IMG/VR virus record: IMGVR_UViG_3300032180_000006
Location: 6,265-70,264 of that record
Strand: one strand, 5' to 3'
From: a virus
Length of the DNA: 64,000 bases
The translations under genes and the position numbers were made by a program. This document shows positions 53,112-63,587 of the stretch, piece after piece. Under the pieces are notes generated by a model. The model saw only the letters and a program-made list of their open reading frames with translations, ran no database searches and was not told where the DNA came from. Position 1 is the first letter of the stretch; each line of letters starts with the position of its first letter.

Positions 53112-54070
53112 GTGCAACGACTACAACACCGAATCAATTTTTACGCAGCTTTAAACTGCTGGTGGCGAATTCGCCAGTAGAAGGTTTTTCTAGCAGTGTA
53201 GGTACGCAGATTGATGAATCGCTGCGCTGCACTTTTGAAATTTTCGCCAACGATGTAGAGACACCGAACCATGCCGTCATTACGATTTATAACTTGTTTG
53301 AAGATACACAGAATAAGATTATCAACGAGTATGATACTGTTATCTTGCAGGCGGGTTATCGCAACGGCAACTTCGGCGTGATTTTCAAAGGTACAATCAA
53401 GCAATTCAAGCGCGGTCGTGAACGTAATGTGGACAACTACTTACGAATTCTGGCTGCTGATGGAGATTTGGCGTACAACTTTGGTGTCATCAACCAGACT
53501 TTCAATGCAGGCAGTAGCCCGCAACAACAACTCGCAGCAGCAGCAGCATCGGCGAACATACCTGTTGACCAGAATGCAAACAACTTTTTAGTTGGTGGCG
53601 TAATACTGAGTCCGCGTAGCAAGGCTGCATTCGGGCTCATGCGCAACTACATGCGCGATTTGGCAGATACGTACAATTGTCGGTGGTCAATACAGAACGG
53701 CGTGCTCACGCTTATACCGATGAATGGGTATCTACCGGGCGCAGCCGTGCAGATTAATAGCGGCACAGGCATGATCGGCGTGCCGGAAGCTACGGATGAC
53801 GGTATTCACGTAACCACGCTACTCAACCCACTGATAAAGGTTGGTTATCTGGTTCAAATTAATAATGCTGATATCGCACAGTCAACGCCTGAACGTTTTG
53901 GTTTGAGTTTCACCCGACCACCTGTACCATTAGCGACGACTACCAATGATGGGTTTTATCGCGTGCTGGTGGTTGAACACCACGGCGATACACGCGGTCA
54001 AGATTGGTATACCGAACTTACTTGCATCAGTTTAACCGCACCGGGCGGTATCGTATTGCCCGCAGGATAA
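53108..54070 (+). CDS. Baseplate hub protein
   Basis: IYNL, L.AGY, WSIQNG, TGMIG.P, GDTRG..W. Confidence 0.85.
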   Translation: MSATTTTPNQFLRSFKLLVANSPVEGFSSSVGTQIDESLRCTFEIFANDVETPNHAVITIYNLFEDTQNKIINEYDTVILQAGYRNGNFGVIFKGTIKQFKRGRERNVDNYLRILAADGDLAYNFGVINQTFNAGSSPQQQLAAAAASANIPVDQNANNFLVGGVILSPRSKAAFGLMRNYMRDLADTYNCRWSIQNGVLTLIPMNGYLPGAAVQINSGTGMIGVPEATDDGIHVTTLLNPLIKVGYLVQINNADIAQSTPERFGLSFTRPPVPLATTTNDGFYRVLVVEHHGDTRGQDWYTELTCISLTAPGGIVLPAG

Positions 54071-54073
54071 ATC

Positions 54074-54730
54074 ATGGACCAGAGAGAACGTATAGGCGAC
54101 AGAGAAGAAGGTCTTCGCAGTCAAATCGAAGACTTTCTAATCAACACGTGGACGGCCATACCGGGCATCGTGCAGAGCTACAACGCTGCGCAGAACACGG
54201 TTTCGGTACAGCCTGCAATCAAGGCGCGCATAAAGCAGGTGAACGGTTCATTCCAATGGGTGAATTTACCGTTGCTGCAAGACGTGCCCGTCGTATTTCC
54301 AGGTGGTGGCAATTTTATTGCTACATTTCCCATTAAACAGGGAGATGAGTGCATCGTCGTGTTTAGTTGTCGCAGTATCGACGGCTGGTGGCAACAAGGT
54401 GGAGTTCAACTACAAACTACAATACGACAGCATGACTTGAGTGATGGCTTTGCATTTGTTGGCCCGCGCAGTTTACCTGCAATGGCAGCGATACCGAATA
54501 TCAGCACTACCACGGCGCAGCTTCGCACGCTTGATGGCACCAGCTTTATAGAATTAGCGCCGGGTGGAGTTATTAACATCAAGGCTGCTGGTGGTGTGAA
54601 TGTTACTGGACCATTGACGGCGACAGGTGAGATAACTGCCAAGCAAGGCGCAGGCAACCATACTGTAAGCGCGCACATACACGGCGGAGTAACCACGGGC
54701 GCTGGGAGCACAGGAACTCCAACAGGATGA
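54074..54730 (+). CDS. Baseplate central spike (Gp138-like)
   Basis: DVPV.FP, GDEC...F, HDLSD, C-terminal HxH. Confidence 0.88.
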   Translation: MDQRERIGDREEGLRSQIEDFLINTWTAIPGIVQSYNAAQNTVSVQPAIKARIKQVNGSFQWVNLPLLQDVPVVFPGGGNFIATFPIKQGDECIVVFSCRSIDGWWQQGGVQLQTTIRQHDLSDGFAFVGPRSLPAMAAIPNISTTTAQLRTLDGTSFIELAPGGVINIKAAGGVNVTGPLTATGEITAKQGAGNHTVSAHIHGGVTTGAGSTGTPTG

Positions 54731-55140
54731 GATATCGCAAATTAGATGCGAACGGCGATTATACGTTTGGACATGGCAGCGCTGACTTTCTTGTCAATAG
54801 CAGCGCAGCCGTTGCGCAGGCGGTGCAGACTACATTGCTGTTAGCACAGGGCGAATGGTTTTTAGATGTCACTGTCGGCGTGCCTTACAACTCGCAGATT
54901 CTTGGCTATAACACGCAGTCGCTTTATGACAGCGTTATAAAACAAGTAATCAGCAATGTGCAGGGCTTTGTTTCATTTAGCAGTTACAGCAGCACGCTGA
55001 ATCCGCGAACTCGTGTTCTTACAGTATCTGCTGTTATCAATACGCAATTCGGCATCGCGCAAGTAACTGGCACTGTTGCTGGTGTGGCGCAAGGCGGATA
55101 CGGTGTCGGTGGTTATGGCGTGGGAGGATATGGATTATGA
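54727..55140 (+). CDS. Baseplate wedge/sheath initiator
   Basis: MRYRKLD..GDY.FG, GEWFLD. Confidence 0.8.
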   Translation: MRYRKLDANGDYTFGHGSADFLVNSSAAVAQAVQTTLLLAQGEWFLDVTVGVPYNSQILGYNTQSLYDSVIKQVISNVQGFVSFSSYSSTLNPRTRVLTVSAVINTQFGIAQVTGTVAGVAQGGYGVGGYGVGGYGL

Positions 55141-56312
55141 GTACATTTCCGCTACCAGTAAAATCAGCGCAGGGGATGTCGTCACCATCGTACAACGATA
55201 TTCTAAATTACCTGACTACGCAGTTCCAATCCATTTATGGGTCGGACGCCGTACTTACACCTGACAGTCAAGATGGACAGTGGTTGGCCGTGCAGGCGCT
55301 GGTATATTTTGATCTGATCCAAGTAATGGTGGCAGAATTCAATAGTCGCAGTCCTGTATTCGCGCAAGGCGCAGGGCTTGATTCAGTAGTCAAGATTAAC
55401 GGTCTGCAACGATTGATTCCCAGTAATAGCACCGCTGTCGTCACTATCGTGGGTGTTGCTGGCACACAGATCACAAATGGTGTTGTGCAAGATACGTCGG
55501 GTAACTTGTGGAACTTGCCCGGTCTAGTTGTAATACCGAATACGGGCAGCATCAATGTCACAGTGACGTCACAAGTTGTCGGCGCCATTTCTGCCAGTAC
55601 GAATACGATTACCACTATTTTCACGCCGACGCTAGGTTGGCAAAGTGTAACCAACCCAGCAGCAGCCGTTCCGGGCGCACCTGTTGAAACAGATGCACAG
55701 CTTCGCCAACGCCAAAGTATATCCACCGGGCAGCCTGCGCAGACGCCTATACAAGCCATAATCGCTGCCGTGGCTAACCTGCCAACGGTAACGCGCATAC
55801 AGGGCTATGAGAATAGCACGAACGCGACAGACAGTAACAACATACCGTCGCACAGTATTTGTATCGTGGTGCAGGGCGGTATCGCTGCATCTATTGCGCA
55901 GGCGATTGAGGCAAAGAAAAGTCCGGGAACTGGTACATTCGGCAGTACAACAGTCGTTGTAAATGATCCAGGTGGATTGCCTGTACCAATCAAATTCAGT
56001 GCGCTCGCCTTCACGCCGATTTTCGTTAGCGTGACTATTCACCCGTTGAATAACTTTTCCGCGGCGACGGCGCAGACAGTCGCAACGAATCTTTTGAATT
56101 TCTTGAACAATTTACCTATTGGACAGGCCGTTCTCTATGATTGGTTAGTTGCCGTTGTAGCAATGATTGATCAACCCGCTGGAGTAACGTTCAGCATCAC
56201 TACATTGACATCTGGTCTTGCAGCTACTCCAGTAGGAACGGCAGATATCCCAATAGCGTTTGATCACGCAGCATCATCCATAGCGGCAAACATCATAGTG
56301 ACGGTGGCATAA
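55137..56312 (+). CDS. Baseplate J-like protein
   Basis: DS.DGQ, ETDA.LR.R, HSI..VV.GG. Confidence 0.9.
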   Translation: MSTFPLPVKSAQGMSSPSYNDILNYLTTQFQSIYGSDAVLTPDSQDGQWLAVQALVYFDLIQVMVAEFNSRSPVFAQGAGLDSVVKINGLQRLIPSNSTAVVTIVGVAGTQITNGVVQDTSGNLWNLPGLVVIPNTGSINVTVTSQVVGAISASTNTITTIFTPTLGWQSVTNPAAAVPGAPVETDAQLRQRQSISTGQPAQTPIQAIIAAVANLPTVTRIQGYENSTNATDSNNIPSHSICIVVQGGIAASIAQAIEAKKSPGTGTFGSTTVVVNDPGGLPVPIKFSALAFTPIFVSVTIHPLNNFSAATAQTVATNLLNFLNNLPIGQAVLYDWLVAVVAMIDQPAGVTFSITTLTSGLAATPVGTADIPIAFDHAASSIAANIIVTVA

Positions 56313-56965
56313 TGACAGTCGGAATCAATCGCTATACTAATTTGATTACTTCGGAGCATAACAAGCGACCGAAGTTCATGGCGATGATCAGCGCTTGCGC
56401 GCAGCCTGCCGTAGACCTTCAAAATCTGGTATTGTCGTTTGACAGTGCGTATGATCTTGATAGTGCTGTCGGTAATCAACTTGATGTTATCGGTCAATGG
56501 GTTGGTGTTTCTCGCAACATTACGACATCGATTGCGGGCGTGTATTTTTCACTAGATACCGCTGGTCTTGGTTTTAATCAAGGCGTATGGCTTGGCCCAG
56601 GACAATCGGCTACAGGTCTCACAGTGCTTCCAGATGATAAGTATCGCTTATTGCTTAAAGCTCGCATTGCTGTTAACCAGTGGGACGGTACGGTGCCGGG
56701 TATTTATGCAATCTGGGCTATTGCGTTTCTACTTCAGCAGTTCCATATTCTGATTCAAGATAATCAGGATATGTCTATGACAATTATTTTATTAACGTCT
56801 GGCGCTATCGACGCAGTTAGTCTGGCGCTGGTGCTGGGTGGATACATTGTGCCGCGTCCGGCGGGTGTGCGCATCACAGGTTATACGCAGCGCACAGCAC
56901 CTATTTTCGGGTTAGATAGCAACACATCAACAGTTTCGGGTTTTGACACGGGCAAGTGGCTCTAG
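56312..56965 (+). CDS. Baseplate wedge (DUF2612-like)
   Basis: AVG.QLD.IG.WVG, DNQDM, PRPAGV. Confidence 0.85.
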   Translation: MTVGINRYTNLITSEHNKRPKFMAMISACAQPAVDLQNLVLSFDSAYDLDSAVGNQLDVIGQWVGVSRNITTSIAGVYFSLDTAGLGFNQGVWLGPGQSATGLTVLPDDKYRLLLKARIAVNQWDGTVPGIYAIWAIAFLLQQFHILIQDNQDMSMTIILLTSGAIDAVSLALVLGGYIVPRPAGVRITGYTQRTAPIFGLDSNTSTVSGFDTGKWL

Positions 56966-56973
56966 GAGGATGA

Positions 56974-57603
56974 ATGCTTCTCTTTGGTTTAGAACGAATT
57001 TTTCGGTTGCTGACGCTAGGGTTATTCGTTGCGTCAGACTACCTGCCTGTTGCGACAGGTGGTGGTGCGAACGTAGATAGTCAAGTTAACTTTGCGAGCA
57101 GCACTTACCAGCCTAACGGCTTTACAGCGGGTGTAGCGCAAAGCATACAGATGAACAAGGTGTGGCGTCAGTCCAGTATGGTGGCTGCTGCTGTAACCAA
57201 CTTCATCGTTAACATGTTGGGCATTAATATCGCAGATGATGGCAACCTCGCCGGGTTGATTACTAACCTGACCAATGCCATTCGCCGCGCTGCGAATACT
57301 CTGGTGGTAGTTGTGTTTAGCAGCACACCGACGTTTGATTTAAATCTAGGCAATGTGTTTGAAATTACTTTGACAGGCAACGTAACTAGCAGCACGCTCG
57401 CTAATCTGGTGTTCGGCGCGCCGCTTACGTTGGAGATTACATTTATCATTCACCAAGACGGAGCGGGTGGACATACGTTTGTCGCACCTGCCGCCGTTCC
57501 ACTGGGAGCCATCAGCCCGTTGGCGAATAAAACTACGATGCAGAGTTTCAAGGTGGGCAACGCGGGCGCACTGTACCCAACTGGCGGTCCGACCGTTATA
57601 TAG
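56974..57603 (+). CDS. Short tail-fibre/baseplate-attached protein
   Basis: GF..G.A.S..MNK..RQ.S; DDG; QDG.GG. Confidence 0.75.
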   Translation: MLLFGLERIFRLLTLGLFVASDYLPVATGGGANVDSQVNFASSTYQPNGFTAGVAQSIQMNKVWRQSSMVAAAVTNFIVNMLGINIADDGNLAGLITNLTNAIRRAANTLVVVVFSSTPTFDLNLGNVFEITLTGNVTSSTLANLVFGAPLTLEITFIIHQDGAGGHTFVAPAAVPLGAISPLANKTTMQSFKVGNAGALYPTGGPTVI

Positions 57604-57611
57604 GAGGAATC

Positions 57612-58076
57612 ATGAAAGCTATAAAGATTGCAAGCTGTGTCGTGCTTTTGTTTATCGCCACAGCATTCGCCGCTTTTACAACCATAACAAGTATCGCTCT
57701 CGTTAACTCAACGATTGATAGTACACCAATCGGAGCGACCACGCCGAGCACGGGCGCGTTCACATCACTTATAGTCAATACCAGTATTCCAACTACCAGT
57801 TCCGCGGTCAAAATTTTTCAAAGTTCAGGTACTAGCTGCACCACGTCTGGAACTGCTGGCAACGTATGCACCAGCAGCTCCATCAGCATTCCTGGTCCTG
57901 CCTTTGCGGATACTGGTTATTTCGGCGGATGTGAAACCGAAGGAGCCAATACAGGCAGTCCGGTTATACAGGGATTAGCATCAAAAACTACCAACACCAT
58001 TCAAGTCGGTGTTCTTCAGGGCGGTTCTGTTGCGTCTAGCTACGGCACTATTGATTGTTGGTTGTTTCATCCATGA
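57612..58076 (+). CDS. Fibre-like protein with signal peptide
   Basis: MKAIKIASCVVLLFIATAFA; IDSTPIGATTPSTGAFT. Confidence 0.7.
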   Translation: MKAIKIASCVVLLFIATAFAAFTTITSIALVNSTIDSTPIGATTPSTGAFTSLIVNTSIPTTSSAVKIFQSSGTSCTTSGTAGNVCTSSSISIPGPAFADTGYFGGCETEGANTGSPVIQGLASKTTNTIQVGVLQGGSVASSYGTIDCWLFHP

Positions 58077-58603
58077 AATTGCTTATTCTATTATCGTTGT
58101 TAGTACTTACCGCTTGCGCAGGTGTGCATGCGTCTGCGCCGCTTACGGTGGATTGCGCGCCTACCATTGCACAACTCGGCGATGATGGGCGTTCACCGTC
58201 CGCTAAATTGCAATATGGCCCGTGTACCGTGCACGGCGCAGACAATGGGCCAGCGCGATCTGAAGATTCATATACGCTGCGCACGGCAATGAGTGTGTGC
58301 AGCGCGCAAAGCTGGCTTGGAACTCCTACGGGTAGTCGTGAAGAAGTTGGCTTGGAATGGCTGGCGTTTGCTCCTGATGGTAGCTATTTGTTCTCCGTGC
58401 CTAACCAGTATGATAAACATCAGGATGTAGTCGGCAGCCATTGGTCAAATGTTACAGACTTGCGAAATCACGGTGCATGCGCGCATCTTCCACCGGGTAC
58501 GCGCCTTGTAATTCAACAAGCACTGGGAGTCGCAGACGCTGGCAAGGATTGTCCGAATACGTGTGGTAGTCACACGATTCTGTATTTAACAGGAGCAGAG
58601 TGA
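58073..58603 (+). CDS. Putative lipoprotein/secreted protein
   Basis: MKLLILLSLLVLTAC. Confidence 0.6.
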   Translation: MKLLILLSLLVLTACAGVHASAPLTVDCAPTIAQLGDDGRSPSAKLQYGPCTVHGADNGPARSEDSYTLRTAMSVCSAQSWLGTPTGSREEVGLEWLAFAPDGSYLFSVPNQYDKHQDVVGSHWSNVTDLRNHGACAHLPPGTRLVIQQALGVADAGKDCPNTCGSHTILYLTGAE

Positions 58604-60150
58604 TGAAAAGGATGATGTGTAATATATTACTCATTTTAATTGTGTCATGTGGTTTATATTGCACAGCGCAGATTACAACACCGAATATCGGTTTGATATT
58701 GCCACCACACGGCGCGACGAACTGGGACACGCAAGCGAACGGAAATTTCTCCACTCTTGACACAGTTATCGGTATTTTGCAGACACCGTTCCAAGGCGCG
58801 TGGAACTCTGCTGTCATATACTCTAAGGGACAACAAGTTCTATTCGGCGGTAATCTGTACTATTCGCTTGCGAACTTCAACATAAACAATACACCGAATG
58901 CTTCGCCGCTTCAATGGGTACAGGTAACGGGCGGCACCACGGGCAGTATCTTGTGTATGGGCAACGGTGTTGTCTGTGATACAGGCATCTCACGTGACTC
59001 TATTCTCGGTGCCGGGTTCTTCGACTTTGGTAATGGAACGCAGAACGACGTTTCTGGAACCATACGTGCGGCAAGTCTACAAGGAGTATTTCAGCCATTT
59101 AATTCCACGACGGCAGTTTTTAATACTACTGGCCCTATCATTTCTTCTAGTTGTGGAGGCAGTGTTTACCCTCTTATAGAATGTGGTAATCTACTGTATT
59201 TTTCAAGACAGTCTGGCGCTACTCGTGACCATGTTTTCTTTATTGGAAATCCGGCGGTGCCAGTTTTCAAGATGGACCGCACCAATAAGTTCGTCGGCAT
59301 CAGCAGCACTGTCATGGGCTTTACACCTTCAAATGATCTTAGCGTAGCGCCGGATACGGCTGTGTCACGTCTCGGTGTTGGCATTATGGGAACGGGTAAC
59401 GGTACGCAGGGCGATGTATCGGGTACGCACAAGGCAGCAATCTTTGACGCGGGAACGGGCTGGCGTGTCGCAGGCGCTGCACCATCAGCGCACTATCTTC
59501 GCGGCAATGGTACCAACTATGTAGACGGTACGGTTCAAGTAACTGATATTCCACCGGGTACGAACAGTCAGTGCTTAATAACTTCTGGTGGTGTGGCTGC
59601 GTGGGGAGGTTGCAACGGGCAGCTTGTCGTTCAATTGACAGGTACTCCCAGCATTGTTTCAACTGCTGTGAATGCCAACACTACCAGTACACAGGTGATG
59701 CAGTCTGCTTGTACGTCTGCGCCTTGTTACGCGGCAGGCGCGTTAAATTCTTTGAATAAGACAATCGATTTTGAATTTAGTGGAGGAATGTCTTTTGTCA
59801 ACACAAGCGAATCGGTTGCGTTGATAGTAGGTTTGACAACTGCTGAAGTCACATCTGGTACTGGAGTAGCCGTCGCTCTTCCATTCACTCCTACAAATAC
59901 CGGGTCCGCAGCATTTGATATACATTTTACCTGCGTAGTGACTACCGCTGGTGCAGGAGGTAGCATGACCTGCGCTACCGTTACTTCGCTGCGAGATGCT
60001 TCCGGAGTTGTATTTTCCAGGTTTGGAACGAATGTCCTTTCAACCGATTTAACGGCGGCAGTCACGCCATCGTATGGAGTGCAATTCGGTACAGCATCCA
60101 CCGCAAATATCGGTGCGCCTGTTTTCGGTATTCTACATATACATAACTAA
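58600..60150 (+). CDS. Tail-fibre-like protein with signal peptide and carbohydrate-binding-like motif
   Basis: TPNIGL..P, N.N...LD, W.....Y..G..V...G..Y; GNGTQ.DVSGT twice. Confidence 0.7.
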   Translation: MMKRMMCNILLILIVSCGLYCTAQITTPNIGLILPPHGATNWDTQANGNFSTLDTVIGILQTPFQGAWNSAVIYSKGQQVLFGGNLYYSLANFNINNTPNASPLQWVQVTGGTTGSILCMGNGVVCDTGISRDSILGAGFFDFGNGTQNDVSGTIRAASLQGVFQPFNSTTAVFNTTGPIISSSCGGSVYPLIECGNLLYFSRQSGATRDHVFFIGNPAVPVFKMDRTNKFVGISSTVMGFTPSNDLSVAPDTAVSRLGVGIMGTGNGTQGDVSGTHKAAIFDAGTGWRVAGAAPSAHYLRGNGTNYVDGTVQVTDIPPGTNSQCLITSGGVAAWGGCNGQLVVQLTGTPSIVSTAVNANTTSTQVMQSACTSAPCYAAGALNSLNKTIDFEFSGGMSFVNTSESVALIVGLTTAEVTSGTGVAVALPFTPTNTGSAAFDIHFTCVVTTAGAGGSMTCATVTSLRDASGVVFSRFGTNVLSTDLTAAVTPSYGVQFGTASTANIGAPVFGILHIHN

Positions 60151-60160
60151 GGAGAGAATC

Positions 60161-60430
60161 ATGCACTACAAAGATGGTAAGGAAGCAAAAGTCAACGATT
60201 TGATTATCTGCGTATCTAATCATGGCACGCAGTTTGAAAACCATTTTGTCGGCATTCTGGTTACGGCCAGCAGTGCATCGCCAAGCTGTAACGGCAGTGT
60301 ACTACCGCTGGCACAGCGGCAGAAGAGCGATCTAGGGTTTGGCCCGTGGTTGCCGTTGACGCCAGCATCGTCCAACTGGAGTGTGACGATCAAGGAATGT
60401 TATAAAATCGACGAACTTCCACAAACGTAG
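60161..60430 (+). CDS. Hypothetical protein
   Basis: AAGGAG RBS; MHYKDG.EAK..D. Confidence 0.65.
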   Translation: MHYKDGKEAKVNDLIICVSNHGTQFENHFVGILVTASSASPSCNGSVLPLAQRQKSDLGFGPWLPLTPASSNWSVTIKECYKIDELPQT

Positions 60431-60467
60431 CATAACTAAGAGAACAACCTGTTAGGAGACGGATGCA

Positions 60468-60737
60468 ATGAGTGAAATAAACGAACTACCTGATGACGCG
60501 CCAAAGCCCTTGAGAACTATATCCGCCTATGTTGGATTGGCGGCAATGGCGATCACCGCCTTGCTATGGTTGTTTTCTGTAAGTTCTAAGGCTGATTACG
60601 CAAAAACCAAAGTAGACGAGCATGACAAGGTTCTTGAAAACAAAGCTGATAAAAATGACGTTCGTGACGGCTTTGACAAACTCAATAAAAAACTTGACGA
60701 TCTCACCGATTATCTTCTTAACAATAAACGACGCTAG
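60468..60737 (+). CDS. Single-TM coiled-coil protein, holin/antiholin candidate
   Basis: One TM then coiled coil; AGGAG RBS. Confidence 0.55.
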   Translation: MSEINELPDDAPKPLRTISAYVGLAAMAITALLWLFSVSSKADYAKTKVDEHDKVLENKADKNDVRDGFDKLNKKLDDLTDYLLNNKRR

Positions 60738-60747
60738 GAGGAAATAG

Positions 60748-60930
60748 ATGTCATTCTTCAAATCAGGGCTCTGGGCCAAAATCGCAGGCTGGACAGGCGC
60801 AGCGCTGACCGCGCTAGGCGGTATCGGCGCACTGGGAAAGACATGGTCACCTATCGCTATGATCGTAGGTGGTGCACTAACCGGACACGGAGTACACGTA
60901 GCAAGCAACAACGGAAAGGTTGTACAATAA
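60748..60930 (+). CDS. Two-TM small protein, holin candidate
   Basis: Two Gly-rich hydrophobic helices; AGGAGG RBS. Confidence 0.55.
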   Translation: MSFFKSGLWAKIAGWTGAALTALGGIGALGKTWSPIAMIVGGALTGHGVHVASNNGKVVQ

Positions 60931-60934
60931 CACC

Positions 60935-61624
60935 ATGCAAAAACTTCTATCAATCACAATTATCTACGCGATGCTGTTCGTCAGTACTGTTTACAATACA
61001 GGCTGCACTTCAGCACAGATACAAACCGACATTGCCAACCTTGAAAGCCGAATTCCGCAGGTGGCGGAACTGGCAACGGCTGTTCTTGAAATCACTGACC
61101 CTGCTCTGGCTCCGCTTGTCGCGCCAGCAGCAGCCGTCCTAAAGCAGAATGCTGAGCAACTGCAAAGTCTGTTGAAGCAGTGTTCCGCGGCAGGCTGTAA
61201 TCTCAGCACTCTAGCAGGCATTGACGCCATTGTACAGACTGCTGTCAACAACATCAACAACATTGTAGCCAGCGTCGGCGTCAAAAGCCCTGAGTACACC
61301 AGTAAAATTCTGGGATGGGCCAGCATCGTTGGTCTGTTCTTCAATGACGTTGCCGCGTTCGCAGCTAATCACGCAACTACGGCAATGCTTGACCACCTGC
61401 CCAGCGTGTTCGGCTGGCATATTGCAGGCGTTAACCTGATGGCCGTGGATGGCAGTAAACTTCCACCGCCTATGGTGGGCAAGGTGAAGAAGTCCGGTGC
61501 TACGGCGCGCAGCGTCGCTAAGCAGTGGAACGGCTTTATTGGCAAGACCAATCCCAAGGCGCAGATCAGCGTGCCGAAAATGCACCTGCTCGGCGTGCCT
61601 GTACCCTTTACAGGCAAGAAGTAG
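60935..61624 (+). CDS. Helical lipoprotein-like protein, spanin candidate
   Basis: Hydrophobic leader ending NTGC; position after holin-like genes. Confidence 0.5.
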   Translation: MQKLLSITIIYAMLFVSTVYNTGCTSAQIQTDIANLESRIPQVAELATAVLEITDPALAPLVAPAAAVLKQNAEQLQSLLKQCSAAGCNLSTLAGIDAIVQTAVNNINNIVASVGVKSPEYTSKILGWASIVGLFFNDVAAFAANHATTAMLDHLPSVFGWHIAGVNLMAVDGSKLPPPMVGKVKKSGATARSVAKQWNGFIGKTNPKAQISVPKMHLLGVPVPFTGKK

Positions 61625-61647
61625 CCAGCCCGGTTAAACAGATAAAC

Positions 61648-61680
61648 AAAAGCCCGCCTATTGGTTTAGGCGGGCTTTTT
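61648..61680. terminator. Bidirectional intrinsic terminator
   Basis: AAAAGCCCGCCTA-ttggtt-TAGGCGGGCTTTTT between convergent arms. Confidence 0.9.
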
Positions 61681-61721
61681 ACTACCTTGTACAGATCGCT
61701 GGGGTCGCGCCTATCGAAGCG

Positions 61722-62345
61722 CTAGACGAACGGTGCCGTACTCCTAGCCAGCGGAGGTATTTGCCCTGTTTTTGGTGCAATTAAGGTTTCCTTCCAAAGC
61801 ACGTCCAGCGCGGCCACTAACTCATTGCAGCGTTGGTGCAGTGAGTCATAGGAGGACACGTTGCGCACTAGTTCTGCAACATAGCTATGAAACCGCTCGT
61901 ACGGTGCTTCGGCGTAGCGATTGCCCAGCCGTCGTTCGTGAATACAGCTCAGCATTCCTTCCATACAGTCCGCAAGTTTTAGTACAAACTTTTGTCCGAG
62001 GGTAAGTGTAAATAACATATTATTTTCTGCGAGCGTTTTGTTTTCATTTTTATCTAGCAGATCACCGATTTCAAGAGCTCGCTTCGCGGGCGCGCTGACG
62101 TCACTCCACACCTGCTCAGCCATATCGTGAGATAGCGCGGCCATAAGCAGATCAACCGAGCAGCTTCCCTTCGTTAAAAGATAACAGAACCATGCAACGC
62201 CGAATTGGTGCTGGGCCAGCGTTACACCATGCAACATCGGTACAGTGTGGAAGCGCTGCACGCTTCGGCCATAGAGAAGGAATATCATTTCCTGTCTAGG
62301 GTCAGTTGATTTTTTTCCCATGCGTTCTAACATGGTCTCAAGCAT
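61722..62345 (-). CDS. HD-domain 5'-deoxynucleotidase-like protein (YfbR-like)
   Basis: V.RFH, LAQH, AL.HD.AE...D, LKLAD..E; AAGGAG RBS. Confidence 0.85.
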   Translation of the reverse strand: MLETMLERMGKKSTDPRQEMIFLLYGRSVQRFHTVPMLHGVTLAQHQFGVAWFCYLLTKGSCSVDLLMAALSHDMAEQVWSDVSAPAKRALEIGDLLDKNENKTLAENNMLFTLTLGQKFVLKLADCMEGMLSCIHERRLGNRYAEAPYERFHSYVAELVRNVSSYDSLHQRCNELVAALDVLWKETLIAPKTGQIPPLARSTAPFV

Positions 62346-63411
62346 TTGCCGCCCGCTCCTTTTTCTGATTACGACGGTTGATCCATTCTTTGCACGCAAT
62401 GTGCCAATCATTGTTCGCTGGCATGCGCAGTATGTGTTCCATCCCAGTACCCGCTTTCTCCTTTCGTAGTATGTAAGCTGCGTACATAGGACCAGCAATG
62501 GTTTCAAGGAAGAAGTTATGTGTTTCACGACCGCGTGTTTCAATAAAGCGGTTCACATGCCACTGTGTCCAATTTTCTTGATGACCCATTTGAACCCATT
62601 GAAGAGGTTGAAAATCTGCGCATTGCAGCCGGAACAACGGCGAGTCCGAATAATAATTGTAGTGCAGAGCGTCATTCGCGTATTCGCGCAGCCGTTCCTC
62701 CGGTACGACGCTGGTGTACAGATGAAAATTGTTGCTGACTTGGTAGTACAAACCCATCGGCACGCCGATGCGGTCGGCAACGTATTCTTGCAGTATGCTG
62801 AAGTGCACGGCGTTTGCGCCATACGCTCCCCACCAGATGTCGTTGCTGCGACAGCATACAGTCATGTTCAGTTTGCCGCCGCGACAATCAAAGTAAGCGT
62901 GTGTATTGCAGGGTACGTCCTTGCCGTCTGCGAACGCAATTTTTAAATCACTCTTTCTGCGTGGCACGTAACCATCCGGGTCATCGCATTCTGTACCATC
63001 CCACATTGCCAGTACGCATCTACGACTGCTTGGGTTACGTTGCAGTTCAGTAACTATTTCTGTAAGCTGGTCGTATCCAAACCATTCACGCCAGCGATGC
63101 CCGTATGCGCCGTGCACCACAACACCGTCATCACTGTAGCTGCCGAAGTTGCTGTTGAAGTACCGCGGAAATTCAAGGTCGTTGCGCCCAGCCAACATCC
63201 ACAACGCTTCCATCAAATGGAAGAACGGGTTGGCATCTCGTAGCGGGCTGAACAGCACGCGCTGCCACGGTTTATGGTAGACAGTGGTCACTGGTCCGGG
63301 AGCGACCAACACTGGTCCGTTGCGACTGGGTTCTTTGATGCCGTGGTCTGCAAGATAAATCAAGCCGTGGTGCAAGGCTGTGTTGACGTTATCGCATTCT
63401 ATGACGTGCAT
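62338..63411 (-). CDS. Thymidylate synthase family protein, likely dUMP hydroxymethyltransferase
   Basis: ANPFF, AYG.RW, SRR, DVPCN, RSND...GAN, N.HLY. Confidence 0.9.
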   Translation of the reverse strand: MHVIECDNVNTALHHGLIYLADHGIKEPSRNGPVLVAPGPVTTVYHKPWQRVLFSPLRDANPFFHLMEALWMLAGRNDLEFPRYFNSNFGSYSDDGVVVHGAYGHRWREWFGYDQLTEIVTELQRNPSSRRCVLAMWDGTECDDPDGYVPRRKSDLKIAFADGKDVPCNTHAYFDCRGGKLNMTVCCRSNDIWWGAYGANAVHFSILQEYVADRIGVPMGLYYQVSNNFHLYTSVVPEERLREYANDALHYNYYSDSPLFRLQCADFQPLQWVQMGHQENWTQWHVNRFIETRGRETHNFFLETIAGPMYAAYILRKEKAGTGMEHILRMPANNDWHIACKEWINRRNQKKERAANA

Positions 63412-63587
63412 TTCGTAACTTCCTCTATTGACTGTACTAAATTCAATAATCCGTAGTAGAAAAAAGCGCGCTCCTTTGCGTTTGGTCCGCTGAAAATAGT
63501 AACTTCTATAGCGCCATCTTCAAGTATTGTTTCAACACGCCAAGCATTTTCAGAAAATTTGTCTTGCTCTACGCTACGTTTCTTCAA
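63399..63587 (-). CDS. Hypothetical protein
   Basis: WRVE...DG..E.T.F.GP.A..RA; coupled. Confidence 0.6.
   Translation of the reverse strand: MKKRSVEQDKFSENAWRVETILEDGAIEVTIFSGPNAKERAFFYYGLLNLVQSIEEVTKCTS

Noticed and set aside
7900-60500. Other CTGATGA occurrences as hammerheads (near 7904, 22393, 34194, 35112, 40812, 60490)
   Set aside because: Inside coding sequence, with no matching GAAA and stems apparent by eye
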